From Prorocentrum cordatum (taxonomy: Eukaryota), in NCBI GenBank assembly GCA_963575745.1, contig CAUYUJ010000130.1, positions 62,001 to 117,811 on the forward strand: a DNA stretch of 55,811 nucleotides, written 5' to 3'. Below the pieces are notes generated by a model. It was not told where the DNA came from. It searched no databases and saw only the letters and a list, made by a program, of their open reading frames with translations. Each line of letters opens with the position of its first letter. Positions within the stretch are counted from its first letter, which is position 1. The position numbers were made by a program, and so were the translations under genes. Below, one piece after another: positions 25,331 through 39,000 of the stretch.

Positions 25331-27029
25331 CGGAGCATTTTCATTTATCATGCTGGAATGGGCTAGCGTACCCGTTTCCGAACTTGTTGAGGATTCAGCA
25401 GCATATTGGTTCAAACCGTTCCGCCAGTGCCCTCACTGGCGGCCCTCCTCATCTCGACTTGCTCGGGCGGGTGGTTATGGCTTGGATTCATCTGTTGGCG
25501 TGGGTTCAGTTGCAAGTTCGGTGTGCTTAAGTCAAAGGGTATATTTTCAGTTTTCCCCGCTCGTCGTGCAGAGTGTCTCGATGAGCATGCAGGTATGGGA
25601 CTTCAGCTGTCGGCGGTACTTCCTTTGGTCGACTGGGGCGAGGTGGTTTGTGGGCGAGGCGAGCTCATTGATCGGTTTGAGTTAGCCTAGTGATCAACAG
25701 TGCCGCCGTGTCGGCACAGCTAGGGCCCCATAGAGTCAAACTCATTTCTGCTTAGCCACTGGCTATGTCATTGTGGAGTCGTTTCGGCAAATTTTTTTTC
25801 AAACTTTTCTGGTATTGCTATTGGGCAGGCTTGGTAGTTTCTGTGGTATTGCTATTGAGGTCGTGTGCGGGTCGGCTTCTGCGACTGGCAGTATTATGCA
25901 ATATTCATCAGCTCCCTGCTTGCTCCTGCCCTTCGTCTTCTGGTTCGTCTACTTCAATTTCGAGCTCAGGGGGCGGCTTTTGTATCATTTAGGCTACGCC
26001 TTGGCAGAATCCCTAGAATCCCTCGCGCCTCCCTCCCTCCCTCCCTTCCTCCCTCCCAGCCGCCGTCCCCGGTCGAGGCTTTGGGTGCAGTGCCCGCGGT
26101 ACCAGGCACCGCCGCGCGCTGCGAGCCTCGCCCGCGGACAGCTGCCATGCGCGCGGGCCGCCTCGCCTTGCCCTTGGCGCCGATGCCAGGCGAGCCGCAG
26201 GCCAGCCGCGCGCCGCGAGACCTCTCCAGATGGCGTTGCAGCCGACCGAGGCCGACGCTTCGCGCAGCTGCGCGACGGCTCGGCTATACGGCCAGAGTCG
26301 GATGCCGGCCTCGTATGAGCGACGGGGCCGCCGTCGCGCGTCGTGGCCCTGCTCCTGGACCCGAGCGTGTCCGCGGAGATAAACATGTACTTCCTCCTGC
26401 TGGTGCTGCACCCCGGGAGTCACCCGGGCTCGAGGCGATCAGCGCCCCTGCGGCTGCGGCAGCCGCCCGTTCGCCCAGTGCTACGCCGACCCCCTCGCCG
26501 TGTGCTTCGTCGGTGCTGCTGCCGCCACGCGCGTTGCCTGCGCAACCCGCCCAAGATCGTGCCGACGCTGCCGCTGCAGCTTCTCCCGCTCTCGGCCAGG
26601 ATCATGTTCTACGTCTTCTTGCTCGTGCTGTACCCCCGGAGCTCCCGCCGTGCTCGATAGGCGCGGAGCGTGGCGCTCGGGCGGCGTATCTTGGTGCCTC
26701 CAGCTACCTGGCTGCTCGCCGCGTGCCGGCGCCGCCGCCTGGCGCTCCTCCCGATGTGGCGCCGGCTGTGGCCTTGCGCGCTCCGCCGCCGCCGCCGCTG
26801 TGCGATGTGAGCCGATACGTCGTCGGCACACCGTGCGGGCAACTTGGTGACGTTGACGCTGCTGCTGTTCCCGCGTCGGACGCGAAGCTGGAGGCCGGTG
26901 CCGTGGCGGAGGCCCCCGCCGCCATGCCCAGCAAGGCTGCCGTCAGAGCTGCTGCCCATCTTGCGGCTGCGTGTCTGCTGGCCGCGCGCCGCGCTGCGTG
27001 GCCCCAGCGACGCGCAGCGGCACTGGGAC

Positions 27030-27410
27030 AGCAGCAGCTACCCGAAGGGCGAGCAGTGGCAGCCGGCCCTATCGCTTCTCAGCGAGATGTGGGTGGTGAA
27101 GCTGGAGCCCGACATCATGAGCTACAGCCCCCAGAAGAGCGCGTGCGAGACATCGAGATGTCGGTGGTGAAGCTGACGCCTGCCATCATGAGCCACAGAA
27201 CCACGATCAGCGCGTGCGAGATGCGCTGGCGGTTGCAGCCGGCCCCATCCTTGCTCAGCGAGATGTGGGTCGTGACGCTGGAGCCCAACATCATGATCTC
27301 TGGTACCCTGACCTGTGCGCGCGAGCATGGCGAGCAGTGGTAGCCAGCCCTACCGCTGCTCAGCAAGATGTTGGTGGTGAAGCTGGAGCCCGCCATCATG
27401 AGCTACTGCA
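27030..27410 (+). pseudogene. Pentatricopeptide-repeat (PPR) fragments, frameshifted
   Basis: KGEQWQPALSLLSEMWVVKLEPDIMSYS and 3 degenerate repeats in shifting frames. Confidence 0.7.
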
Positions 27411-27745
27411 CGTGGCTGCCGGCCTTCTTGCTGCTCAGCGAGATGATGACGAGATGAATCGGAGGATCGGCGACGCGATCGCTGCTCAAGGAGGCATCGA
27501 AGCTGCCAGGGCCGCCATGGTTGCCGCATATGCGGCCATCGGCATCCATATGAAGTAGAAGATCGTGCCTCGCTCTGATGGTGATGGTGATCGTCGGGTT
27601 CTTCTTCCAGACAGCCCGGATGGCCCCGAGTGAGGCGACTGAGCATTGAGTATTGCAAGTTTCCGGCCACGTCGCAACTTGTCAACTTCAGGACGATGCT
27701 TGTGAAGTGGGATCATGAATGCACGTCTGTGTTCAGACACTTTGA

Positions 27746-28250
27746 TCACGAGAGCAGGAGAGTTTCGGTCTGTGTCCCAGCCTTCTCCCAAGCTCTCTTC
27801 CGTGTCATGAGAGCAGGAGAAATTCGGTCTGTGTCCCAGCCCTCTTTCTCCCTCTCGCATATCCTAACTATTGTTCCCCTCCCTCCGCCTCTCCTCCACA
27901 ATGCCCGTGTAGGGCACGGCACGCGAGCAGTGTATGTCTCGATCCGTCTGTCGCCACCTACTGCGGGGGATGGGGGTTTCTTGAGAGAAGATGTACGAGA
28001 TGTCACGACATCACGAGAGCATGAGAGTTTCAGTCTGTGTCCCAGCCTTCTCCCAAGCTTTATTCCGTGTCACGAGAGCAGGAGAATTTCGGTCTGTGTC
28101 CCAGCCCTCTTTCTCCCTCTCACACATTATTCCCTCCCCCCGCCTCTCCTCCACAATGCCCGCGTAGGGCGCATTAGGGCACGGCACGCGAGCAGAGTAT
28201 GTCTTGATCCGTCCGTCGCCACCTACTGTGGGGGATGGGGGTTTCATGAG
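27746..28250. repeat. Tandem duplicated block, ~250 bp
   Basis: GAGAGCAGGAGA..TTCGGTCTGTGTCCCAGCC and CCGCCTCTCCTCCACAATGCCCG are each repeated. Confidence 0.75.
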
Positions 28251-29641
28251 AGCGGGGAGGGAAGTACGGATTCCTTGCTTCGGTTCGACGCGTCCCGTCC
28301 ATTCTGATGCGGGGTCCATTCGTGCTGTGCTGACCTTGCCTCACTTGGTGCCCGTGCAGATCGCCGCTTTTTAGTTCAGCCAGCCTGCCTGACTGTTCTT
28401 TAAAGTTTCTGCGAGTTGCAGCGCCACTCCTTCGCGACAGCCGCCAGGTTCATCGCGTGCGCAATCCAAAAATCCCTCCCTCCCTCCCTCCCTCCCTTCC
28501 TCCTCCCCCCCTCCTCCTCCTCCTCCTCCTCCTCCTCCTCCTCCTCCTTCCTCCTCCTCCTCCTCCTCCTCTCTCCTGCTCCGGTTCCTCCGCCTGCCTC
28601 GTCCTGCTGCCTCCCCGTATCTACCCCTTCTCCCCCGTTCCTCCTCGTCCCCCTCGTGATCCACCCCTCCTCCTCCTTCCTCCTCCTCACTCTCCTCTTC
28701 CTCTTCTCCTCCTCTTCACTCCTCCTCCTCCTCCTCCTCCTCCTGCGTCCTCCTCCTCCTCCTTCCTCCTCCTCCTTCTTCCTCCTCCTCCTCCTCCTCC
28801 TCCTCCTCCTCACTCCTCCTTCTCTCCCTCCTCCCTCCTCCTCCCTCCTCTCTTCCTCCTCCTCCTCCTCCTCCTCCGCCTCCTCCTCCTCCTCTTCCTC
28901 CCCGTTGTGTTCACGCCACCCATGGAGGTCGAGGGTTCCAGGGGCCTGCGGTCGAGAGCTTTTGGATAGCGTTTCGGGCCCTTTGGACTTGAGGTGATCG
29001 GGCGTTGTCGTGGTCGAAGTTTCGATGCTTTGAGGGTTCGAGGGTCGAGGGGAGCCAGGAGGCTCGAGGTTCGAGGTCCGAGGTCTGCGGGCGTTTCCCT
29101 CGGTTCTCGGCGGTTTTCCGGCCTCGGGGGATGCCTTCCAGCAGCTGCGCCTCGTCGAGAGCGTCCCTGGGGTGCCCGGATCGCCCCGAACGGCCGCTGG
29201 AGAGCCGAGTTATGGTCCGAGGTCTGCGCATAGGTGTCGCGCCGCTGGCTCTGGCCCGCCGCGCTTCGGCGCGGCGAGCTGTCCGCTGCCCAGCCCGCAG
29301 GCGTCGACGTCCCGAGAGCCCTTCCCCGCCTCCCGCCCCGCGGAGCGGAGCGGCACGGCAGCAGCCTGCAGGGCACGGCGTGTCGCCTGGAGGAGGAGGA
29401 GGAGGAGGAGGAGGAGGAGGAGGAGGAGGAGGAGGAGGTAGGAGGAGGAGGAGGAGGAGGATGAGGAGGGAAGGAGGAGGGGGAGGAGGAGGAGGGGGAG
29501 GGGGAGGGGAGGAGAGGAGGAGGAGGGAGGAGGAGGATGGAGGAGGGGGAGGGGAGGAGGAGGAGGAGAGGAGGGAGGAGGAGGAGAGGAGGAGGAGGAG
29601 GAGGAGGAAGGGAGGAGGAGGAGGCGGATGAGGGAGGGCAG

Positions 29642-29677
<36 letters not shown>

Positions 29678-30336
29678 GAGGAGGAGGAGGAGGAGGAGGA
29701 GGATGGGGAGGAGGAGGAGGCCAACGCCGCGGCGCGCGGAGCAGAAGTTCCCGGCCGCATGCGCACCTCCCGTGGAGGTCGCCGGGGGCCCACCCGGTGG
29801 GAGAAGAGAGAGGCCGGCAGGAGCGCGCGAGCATGCACCTCCGGGGCCTCTCGGGCGAAGAGAACTATGCACATGCACCGATCCTGACAACGCCCATCCT
29901 TGACCCAGGATCGGTGCATGTACCTTCCTGGCCAAGGTAAGAGGGCGTATGCACCGATCCTGGGCTCAGGGTTGGGCCGGGCCAGAATCGGTGTATGTGC
30001 ATAGTTCTCTTTCCTCTAGCCTCGCTCGCAGTTCTGGAGCTGCGCTGGTTCCCCCTGGCGGCGCTTGCGGCGCCGCCCCTGGCTCGCTTTCCGCGCGCCA
30101 GGGAGGGGTGCCCGGCGCCGATCGCAGAAGCTGGTGCGGACCTGCGGAGCAGGGCTGGGCCCAAGCGGTGCTGTTGGCCATTTCGTGGGCCGCTTTCGTT
30201 TCGACGCCGTTTTGCGGCAAAGGCGGATTCGAGACAGAAGCGAGGGACAGCGAAAACACAACGAAAGCGAAACATACCGTTTAGGCTCAGCCCGGCTGCG
30301 AAGTGTATATCAATGCAGTTGCTCATTCCTCTACTA

Positions 30337-30496
30337 TTAAGTCGGGCCTGTCTCCTTACAGGGGGATTTTCGACGAAAGATGAAACATACCCACAAATAA
30401 TCAAAAAGTAGTCAAAGAATAGTCTGGGGATTATTTTGTTGACTATTTTATATGTTTCGTCGAAAATCCCCCTGTAGGGGGACACGCCCGACATAT
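30337..30496. mobile_element. MITE family A copy; another partial copy at ~30647-30750
   Basis: TTAAGTCGGGCCTGTCTCCTTACAGGGGGATTTT ... AAAATCCCCCTGTAGGGGGACACGCCCGAC. Confidence 0.75.
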
Positions 30497-32134
30497 ACTA
30501 GGAGTGAGCATCAAAAAATACGCCCGACCACCTCAAAAACACCTTCCCTAACCAAAACATCAGCCATGCAGGCTGAGGGCGCCAGGTTGGGAGCTGTTGT
30601 TTGCTGCCCGTGCTTGGCTGACCGCAGACAGGAGATCAGGGAAGAGTTAAATCGGGCACGTCTCTCTACATGAGGAATATTCAAAAATAGTCCAAGCATA
30701 GCCTGGGGACGATTTGCTGCATGTCTTTTTGACCATTTGGGAGTATATGTGTTGGCTGTGCTTTATCTCTCACATCCAGAGGCCGGCCTTAGAGCGCGCA
30801 GTAGGTGGACATGGCCCGCCGAAGGGTAGGAGATCAGGGGAGTAGGGAGGGGAGGGGAGAGGGAGGGAGGGAGGGGAGAGGGCAGGGGAGAGGGGAGGGG
30901 GGGGAGAGGTAAGGGGAAGCGTACGCAGAGGGAGGGGGTTTATAGGGGAGAGGCAGCGAAGAGAGGGCCCGCAGGACCGCCCCTGCGACAGCCAGGCGTG
31001 CTGAGCCCCGGGGTGCCAGCGGCCCCGCCCGCCCGCTGCGGCGGGCGCCGGGCGCACTCGTCGATGGCGCACCTGTCTCGCAGGCCAATGTGCTGGGGAC
31101 GTAGGCCTGACCTGACGGCTCCACGAGTGACGCGCGCGTCTGCATGCCGTCCTGCAGAATTTCGGGTGTCCGAGAAAAGGGCGGGCGCCCGTCGCCTCCC
31201 ACTGGCCCCTCGTGCGTTCCCGCACTCGTGGCCCTCTGGCCTCGCCCTTCCTCGAGCTCGGCGTGGCCCCGCTCAGGCTTCCAAGTCCCCGCGCGGGCTA
31301 TTTGTTCCTCTCCTCCTCCTCCTTCCTCCTCCCGCCTCCGCCTCCTCCTCCTCCCTCCTCCTCCTCCTCCTCCTCCTCCTCCTCCTCCTCATCCCCGCCC
31401 TCCTCCCTCCGCCCATCCTCCTCCTCCTCCTCCTCCGAGTCCTCCCCCTCCGAGCGGAAGACAGGGACGCTCGCCTCCTCTCCACCTCCTCCCCCTCCTC
31501 TCCCCCTCCTCCCCCTCCTCCCCCCCTCCTCCTCCTCCTCCTCCTGCTCCTCCTCCTCCTCCTCCTCCTCCTCCTCCTGTGCCCTTTCGACCGCCGGGGC
31601 CCCCTCAGCCTCTGGATTGTCACGTGAACGCACTTGGGAGCTGGACCTCGAGGCGGCGGGATGGGGTCGGGCCCCGCCCCTTCGGCCGGTGCTGTTCCTC
31701 CTGCCGGCGGCGCGCCACGGGGTGAAGCCAGGAGAGACATGCACGCCTTCTCGGAAGGTTCGGAAGGCCTCCGTCCTCGTCAGGAGTTTTTTCTTTACGC
31801 CCTTCACGAGGACGCAGTGCACTTCTCAGAAGGCGCGGAGGCTCCTGAGAAGCCCCGCCGCCTTCTGAGAATGCCTGCCCCCTCTTACTCCCCCCCCCCT
31901 GGGCGCGCCGCCTATTCTCGATCCTCGGTCCGCCGTCCTTCTTCCTCCCCCTTTTCCTCTTCTTCTTCCTCCTCCTCCTCCTCCTCCTCCTTCTCCTCCT
32001 CCCCCTCCTCCTCCTCGTCCTTGTCCTCCTCCTCCTCCTCCTCCTCCTCCTCCTCCTCCTCCTCCTCCTCCCCCTCCTCCTCCTCGTCCTCCTCCTCCTC
32101 CTCCTTCTCCTCCTCCTCCTCCTCCTCCTCCTCA

Positions 32135-32830
32135 TAACTCCTTCCTGTCGCACCCCAAGGCCAGTTGGAAGGGCGGGCCGGGCGTTTCGCTGAGAGTTCC
32201 CTACCATGTATGACCCTGAAGCCCTAGAGTTGGCAATAGTTTCACAGATGGAGGGCGTGTCGCTTCCAAGATGTGGCTCTCGCCTTCGCGCCGAACACAT
32301 TCGTTGTAAACAGTTGGAAGAGCTTCACGGATTGAGGGCGGGTCGTTTTCGAAATGTGGTTCTCGCATTAGTGCTGCCTACTCTCGTTCTAAAAAGTGGC
32401 AAGAGTTTCACGGGCATGGGACTGTTTTTTTTCCAAACGTGGCTCTCGCCTTAGCGCCGCGCGCAGTCGTTTAAACTAACGACAAGAGCTTCAACGATGA
32501 AGGGCAGTTCCTTTTCAACATGTGGCTCTGTCGCCGCGCACAGTCGATTAAGACATGCACACGTTTCACGGTCTCTCATGGTTCTCGTACCAGAAACGGT
32601 GTTTTGGAACGGCTCAGGATTGTTAGGGCGCAACAGTTACGCTGATTCGCGCTGCTGGAGTCCCAGGAAAGATATGATGCCACGATTCGGGATTGTCAGT
32701 GCGCAACAGTCATGCTGTTTCGTGGCGCTGAAGTCCCGAGAATGGTGCTTTGGCAAGCTTCAAGGTCTTCAGACGGGTGTCTCCCAACGGTCCCTCGGTG
32801 TAGATGAATCCTTTAGGGGCCTCTGAAGAG
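32135..32830 (-). repeat. Dispersed repeat family C, inverted copy
   Basis: The reverse complement of 32135-32220 aligns to 22060-22140. Internal degenerate units of the form ATGTGGCTCTCGCCTT.GCGCCG. Confidence 0.65.
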
Positions 32831-33632
32831 GGAGCCTGGAGGGAGTTTTTTTTCCAGCACCGTTGATGAGTCTTGGATTTACGCCTGCCCTGCTCCTCGT
32901 CGTCGTCGTCCTCCTCCTCCTCCTCCTCTTGCCTCCCTCCTCCTCCTCCTCCTCCTTTTCCGCCTCCTCCTCCTCCTCCTCGTCCTCCTCCTCCTCCTCC
33001 TCCTCGATGCTCCTCTCTCTTCTCCTCCTCGTCCTCTTCCTTGATGCTCCTCCTCGTCCTCCTCTTCCTCCGCCTCGATGCGCCTCTCTCTTCTCCTCCT
33101 CCTCCTCCTCCTCCTCCTCCTCCTCCTCCTCCTCCTCCTTCTCATCCTCCTCTGGGACCTTCCGCTCCGGTTCGCAGCACCTCTCGGCCGAGGACAGGCA
33201 GAGCGGCGAACAGGCGATCCCGCTCCACCAGAGGGCCTCGCCGCGCGTTGGCCGCTGCCCCCTCCCCCTCTTTATCCTCCTTATCCTCCCTCCTCCTTCA
33301 TCCTCCTCCTCCTCCTCCTCCTCCCCCTCCCCCTCCTCCTCCTCCTCCGCCTCCTCCGCCTCCTCCTCCTCCTCCTCCTCTTCCCCTACTCCTCCTCCCC
33401 TCCTCCTCCTACTCCGGCCTCCCTCCTCTCCTGCTCCTGCTCCTCCTCCTCTTCGTCCTCCTCCTCCTCCCTCCCTCCTCCTCCTCCTCCTCCTCCTCCT
33501 CCTCCTCCTCCTCCTCCTCCTCCTCGCTCCTCCTCCTCCTCCTCCTCATCCCTCCTCCTCCTCCTCCTCCTCCCCCTGCCTCGGGTTGGAAGTGCGGGCC
33601 GACGCCGACGCCGACGACGACGACGACGCCGT

Positions 33633-33664
<32 letters not shown>

Positions 33665-34130
33665 ACGACGCCGTCGCTGACGCCGACGCCGACGCCGACG
33701 CCAACGACGACGACGCCGACGCCGACGCCGATGCCGCCGCCGCCGCCGACGACGACCAAGACGACCGGCCAATACGACGACGATGACACGGCGGCGGCGG
33801 CCGCATTTCTGGCTCACGGGCAATCTGGGGGCCGTCGCCTCCATGGGCGTCTTCCCCGCCTTCCAGCATGCCTCCGCCGTCCCACACCTCCGTCGTCGTC
33901 CTAGTCATCATCCCTCCTTCCTCGTCGCTGTTCCCCTTTCCCCCTGCTCTTCTTCATCCAGAGTGGAGGAGGAAGAGAGGGAGGAGGAGGAGGAGGAGAA
34001 GGAGGAGGAGGAGGAGGACGAGGAGGAAGAGGATGAGAAGGAGGATAATCGAGGACCGTCGAGAAAATTCGGGGAGGATCAAGGAGGAGAAGCGGGAAAG
34101 GAAGAGGTGGATAATGATGATGATGCTGAT

Positions 34131-34161
<31 letters not shown>

Positions 34162-34209
34162 ATGATGCTGATAATGAATGCTGATGATGTTGATGGCGAT
34201 GGCGATGGC

Positions 34210-34282
<73 letters not shown>

Positions 34283-34298
34283 CTCACGATGGCGATGG

Positions 34299-34356
<58 letters not shown>

Positions 34357-34791
34357 CCCCGCGTCTGAAGGGGTCAGGAGCTCCTAGCTCGAACTGCCCC
34401 TCGGACCGAGGCGTTTCCCTATGGCCCTGCGGAGGCAACGCTCGGTCTCGTGCGCCTCAGCACACACACACACGCAGATCGCCCGAGTGCCGTGAGCGAT
34501 CAATTGCCTCAGCCGAGGCAAGCGGGTGACCGATCCAAGCAGTCGAAGCGACTCAGCACGCTCGGCAGCTGGCGAAGGCCAGGCTGGCGGTCTAGCAGGC
34601 TGGTGCACAGCTGGGCTGCACGCCGCACCCGAGAAACAACTGGGTCGACAGGAACAGGCCGCAGCTGACCGACGCTGCTCCCCAGGCCTGCGGAGATCGA
34701 ACCAGAGCGTGGGCGAACCTGCGCTCTCGGGTCGCCCTCCACGTCGAGCGACGGGCAGGGCACTGACGCGGTAGCGCCAGAAGCTACATTC

Positions 34792-34955
34792 ACCACCCAC
34801 CAGACCACCCCAACCCATCCCGAAGGCCTCAATTTGCCCTCCATTTCCAGTTGGGGGGGGTCGGGGAACATCGAAAAAACACGTATGGAACCCGTACCCC
34901 CCCCCAACCCGAAATTCGGGTCTTCGGGTTGGGTTGGGGTGGTCTGGTAGGTAGT
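34792..34955. mobile_element. Fold-back/MITE-like element with ~45-bp TIRs
   Basis: ACCAGACCACCCCAACCCATCCCGAAG versus CTTCGGGTTGGGTTGGGGTGGTCTGGT. Confidence 0.65.
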
Positions 34956-36077
34956 CAACGTTGCGCAGGAGGCGTGCACACTCGCCGAGCAAAGGGGCCT
35001 CCCTGTGAGGGCCTCGGACCCAGCGCCCCGACCCAGCCCCCAACGCGCACCTCCCGAGGCGCGCAGAGTGGCGTCGCGCAGGATGCGGCAGGGTCGGCGC
35101 CCCCCTGGGCCGGTGCAAGTGGCTGTCCGGCAGGCAGAAGCAGGGGTGGGGAGGGAAACGTCAGGTCGACACTCCAGCTTGTCAGGTCGCGCAATCAAGC
35201 GCTGCGATCGCATCGAGATATGTTCAGAGGAAACAGAACATCCTCAAAAAAAATCCACCGCTTCCCCCTCGAGGGGGTGCCGATGGTGAAACGTGGCAGC
35301 GGTCAAAACGGCCTGGCAAACCCAGGCCGCCTCCGTGCCGCTCCCTCCCCCCCAGTGGACAAGTGCACCAGTTCCCGACCGGCGGAGCCCCAAGGCCCCG
35401 AGTTCCAGGGCTGGCTGCGAGACACCAGCACCGCCAGAGGTCGGCAGCGGCAGTGCACGGAACACCCGTCTGGCGGAACCCCACGGCCCGAGTTCCAGGG
35501 CTGGCTGCGAAGCACCAGCACCGCTGAACAGGACGAAACTGAAAAGGGAAGGAGGCACGAGAAAAGGGCACGGGGCGTGCCGCAAAAGACAGGACAAGTG
35601 CAGCACCGCATGACCCATCAGCTGAGCAACGTGTCCCTTCGGCCCCAGGCCACACACTGGACTATTGCATTTCCGATGGGCGGAGCCCGATCCCGTGCGT
35701 GGGCGGACCTACGCACCTGGGTCAGCCTCCTCTGAAGCTTGCTGCACGGCAGCCGCAGCGGCTAAAAAGGGCAGCACCGAGCACAGAGCCATGCTGCAAA
35801 AGAGTCGGAGCCCGATCCCGTGTGTGAGCGAACCTACACACCTGGTTCAGCTTCCGTTGCTAAAGCGGCAGCTGCACGCGCGCGCACCGAGCGTAGGCCA
35901 TGCCCGCGGTGAGAGACCGCCGAATGCAGCGACTGGCGACCTGACCGTCAGCAACGCTACTGTCCTCCAGGCACCTGGCCCCGCAAGGGACTTGTTGCAT
36001 AGCCGACGGTATCGGGCCCGATCCCGTGCGTGAGCGCGCCTGCGCACATGGTTCAGGCCCGAATTGGGCAAGAGAGT

Positions 36078-39000
36078 CTAGCCGTCCACTCGCCTGCGAA
36101 GGCGTCGCAGGGGCTCAGGGTCGCCGATGCCGCCCTGCCCTGCTGGCTGCAGCCCTCGCTTGAGGCAGCCGAGCACCGCCTTCTGCCTGTCGTTCTTGGG
36201 CGCCCTCGGACACACCTTCGCCGAGCCCGACATCCTGACGCTCTGCGTCCAGTCGCCGCACTTGGCGCAGAAGAGGTGATTGCCTGCACGCCATAGCTCG
36301 TGGGTGACGTGCGGATCGAGCCCCTGCCACGGTGGAAGCGCGGGTGGGGGCGGTGGCAGCGGCTGCGCCACAGGTGCTGCCACCCGTTGCTCGTGAGCTG
36401 CAGCGGCCGCGCCGCCGCTGCCAGACGAAGCCCCATCACCTCCACTGTCACGCTGTTCCCCGTCATATGCTGCTGCTGCTCTCAGCGAGCCGCTGGCCTG
36501 GCTGGAGAGCAAAGCCGCGCTCGCTGCGAGGGGGGCCGCGGCCGCGGCGACCGCGCCCGAGGCCCCCCCTGAACCCGAAAGCCACGAGCCCGAGATCGCC
36601 TCGCCCCGAACAGCGCATTCCTGGCAGGCCCAGAGCGCGTCGCTGCCGACCTCGAGCCATGTCCCGTGTCTGCCGCATGTCCTCCGCGCGCAGTCGCGAA
36701 AGCAGCAGTGGCTCCTCCAGCGCAGCTGGCATCCATGCCAGTCGCGCCGCGCCGCCGCCATGCCTGGCCCTTCGTAGCCCCCCACGGCGGTCAGCTCCGC
36801 GTCGCCCTCCTGCATGGCGGCGCCCAACCAGCGGATTACCTTCCTGACGAGGCGGTCCTGGCGCAGGCTGCGCGCGCGAACCACGTCGTCCGTGGGATGC
36901 ATCTCAGCGCCCTGAATGGCGCGAGCGTCCGCACTGTGGTTGCCCCTGCGCTGCCAGGCGGTGATGCGCTCTGCCCGCGCGTCCGCCGGCGTCGCGTGGG
37001 CCTTCGCCTCGTGGATCGCGACGTTGTCGAGGCCGACGTCCTCGAACGCTCGCCGCAAGCGAACCCATAGTTCTCGATGGGGCCGCTGCCACTGGAGGCA
37101 CCATGCCTTGCCCGCTGCGAAGCCATCCACTAGCAGTTGGCAGTCGGTGAAGATCCTGACTGGCGGGGGGCAGTCCTGTAGCCCCTCGATCACAGCTGCC
37201 AGCTCCGCGGCCCCCGACTCTTGTGGGCGTGGCCAAGGGGGCGGGCCGAAGATGCTGAGGGCTTCCGCGTCGCTGCTCATGACTGCGGCAGCCCAGCCAC
37301 CCCTTGCGGAGACCAGGCCGGGGTCCAGGGCGCTGCCGTCGGGGGGGGTGTCCCCGACCAGTGGGTGGCGCACGAGATCGGCGCGCCCTTCCTTGCGCGC
37401 CGGGCGCTCCTCCGTGGGCAGAGGGATTTAACGCCTATGCTCGGGCGCCAGGGCCCTCGACCAAACCGGGTCCTCCGTCGCGCCGGCGCTGGCCATGTCG
37501 GCGAGGGTCCCGAAGTGAATGTCGTCGGGCGCCCTCCTGTCGTCTGCGTCGTCATTGGCCACCCACTCTGCGCGGCCGAGCGTGGTGGCAGGGCGCTGCC
37601 GCGCCAGGTGCCGCGCCGTGCCGCGTGCAATGCACCCGCGATGGCACTGGGGCGACGACGCCAGCGGCCGCTCCTCTGCGAAGCGGCGCGCCACTGGCCA
37701 TAGACAGCCGACCAGCGCGTTCTTGGCCGAGCTCATTTGCCTGGCCGTTTGCGGACTCATCCGCCTGCGGTGCAGGGTGCGCCTGATGCTGGACAGGGGC
37801 CCCCTGCGGCCAGGTGCTCCAAGCCAGGATGCCTGGCTGCATCCCTCCACAGCAGCCGCCCATGGCTGGCGCCGATGTGCTTGGAGAGGGTCGGTGCGCC
37901 TAAGGCCTTCGCGTCGACGGGCTGCTTCAGGTCGTTGAGGAAGAAGCCCGGTCGCAGAGCATGCCGCCCCGGGCGGTGGCATGCCAGCACGCATGCCGAT
38001 GCAGGGCTCCTGCCAGAGAGTGCCTCAGGCCCTTCAGCATCCTTCCCCGTCAATGCCCCTGCGAACGCGCTCCCGCGTGCACGCGAGTCCGCGCGGTCCG
38101 AGTTGAACTGTGCCGCTTTGGCCCACGCAACGATGGGCAGCGTCGCGTGGTCGACGAGCGGGTCGCTGGCCAGGCGCTTGCTTAGGAGGAAGCTGAGGCT
38201 GAGGCTCTTGCCAGGCCCTCTGCCGTGGTGAACGACATTGACCTGCCTCCGCCACTTGGTGAGCTGCGGCGACGGCCAGCCCACCGCGCTCAGGCCGTGT
38301 CTGGTGGCAGGCCTGAGCCCCGTGTTGGCCGCGCGCGCTGCCGCTGGTGTCTCCTGGGGGCGGATGGCGTGCAGCCTCTGCAGCTGCGCTGCCGCCTTGG
38401 TGTGGCGCGTCTCGAGCACCGCGAAGGCCTGGCCGTCCAGGCAGTAGTCCACTCCCAGGTGCTTGACCGAGTCGGCGATGGGAAAGGCGGTGCCCCCTAT
38501 CTGCTTGGCCACCAGTGAAACCAGCTAAGGCGAGCTCGCAAGCAACCCGCTCTTCGACTCCGACACCTTGCAGCCCAGCGCCACGAGCTGCGCCGCCACG
38601 GCCTTGGTCGCCTGGGCGACGCACGCCGCGACCTGCGCCATGGGGCCGTGGCACCTAACGCAGCAGTCGTCGAACATAATGGCTAGGGTGACCCGAGGCT
38701 CCAGCGCCCGCCATAGGCGCGCGGTCTCATCGGCCAGCACCAGCAGGCCGCACTTGAGGAGCCGCCCTGCGTGCGAGCAACCAGCGAGGAGGCCCGCGTC
38801 CAGCAGGTATGGGTCGGAGGCGCTGCCGTCTAGCATAAAGCGCCGCGCTCCCGCATACAATGTCAGCGCCATGCCCAGCAGCCCCCTCGGGTAGCCCGCC
38901 ATGATGCTGCGGTCCTGGATGATCGCCAGGTCTACCAGCTCGTAGGCGTTCCACAGGTCGATGGGTGATGCTGCAGCTCCCTCGCTTCGTGCTTGCGATG

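Noticed and set aside
33193..33213. Possible further Rab exon (GAG|DRQSGEQ|GC)
   Set aside because: Splice-like flanks are present, but the Rab C-terminus is hypervariable and there is no motif support.
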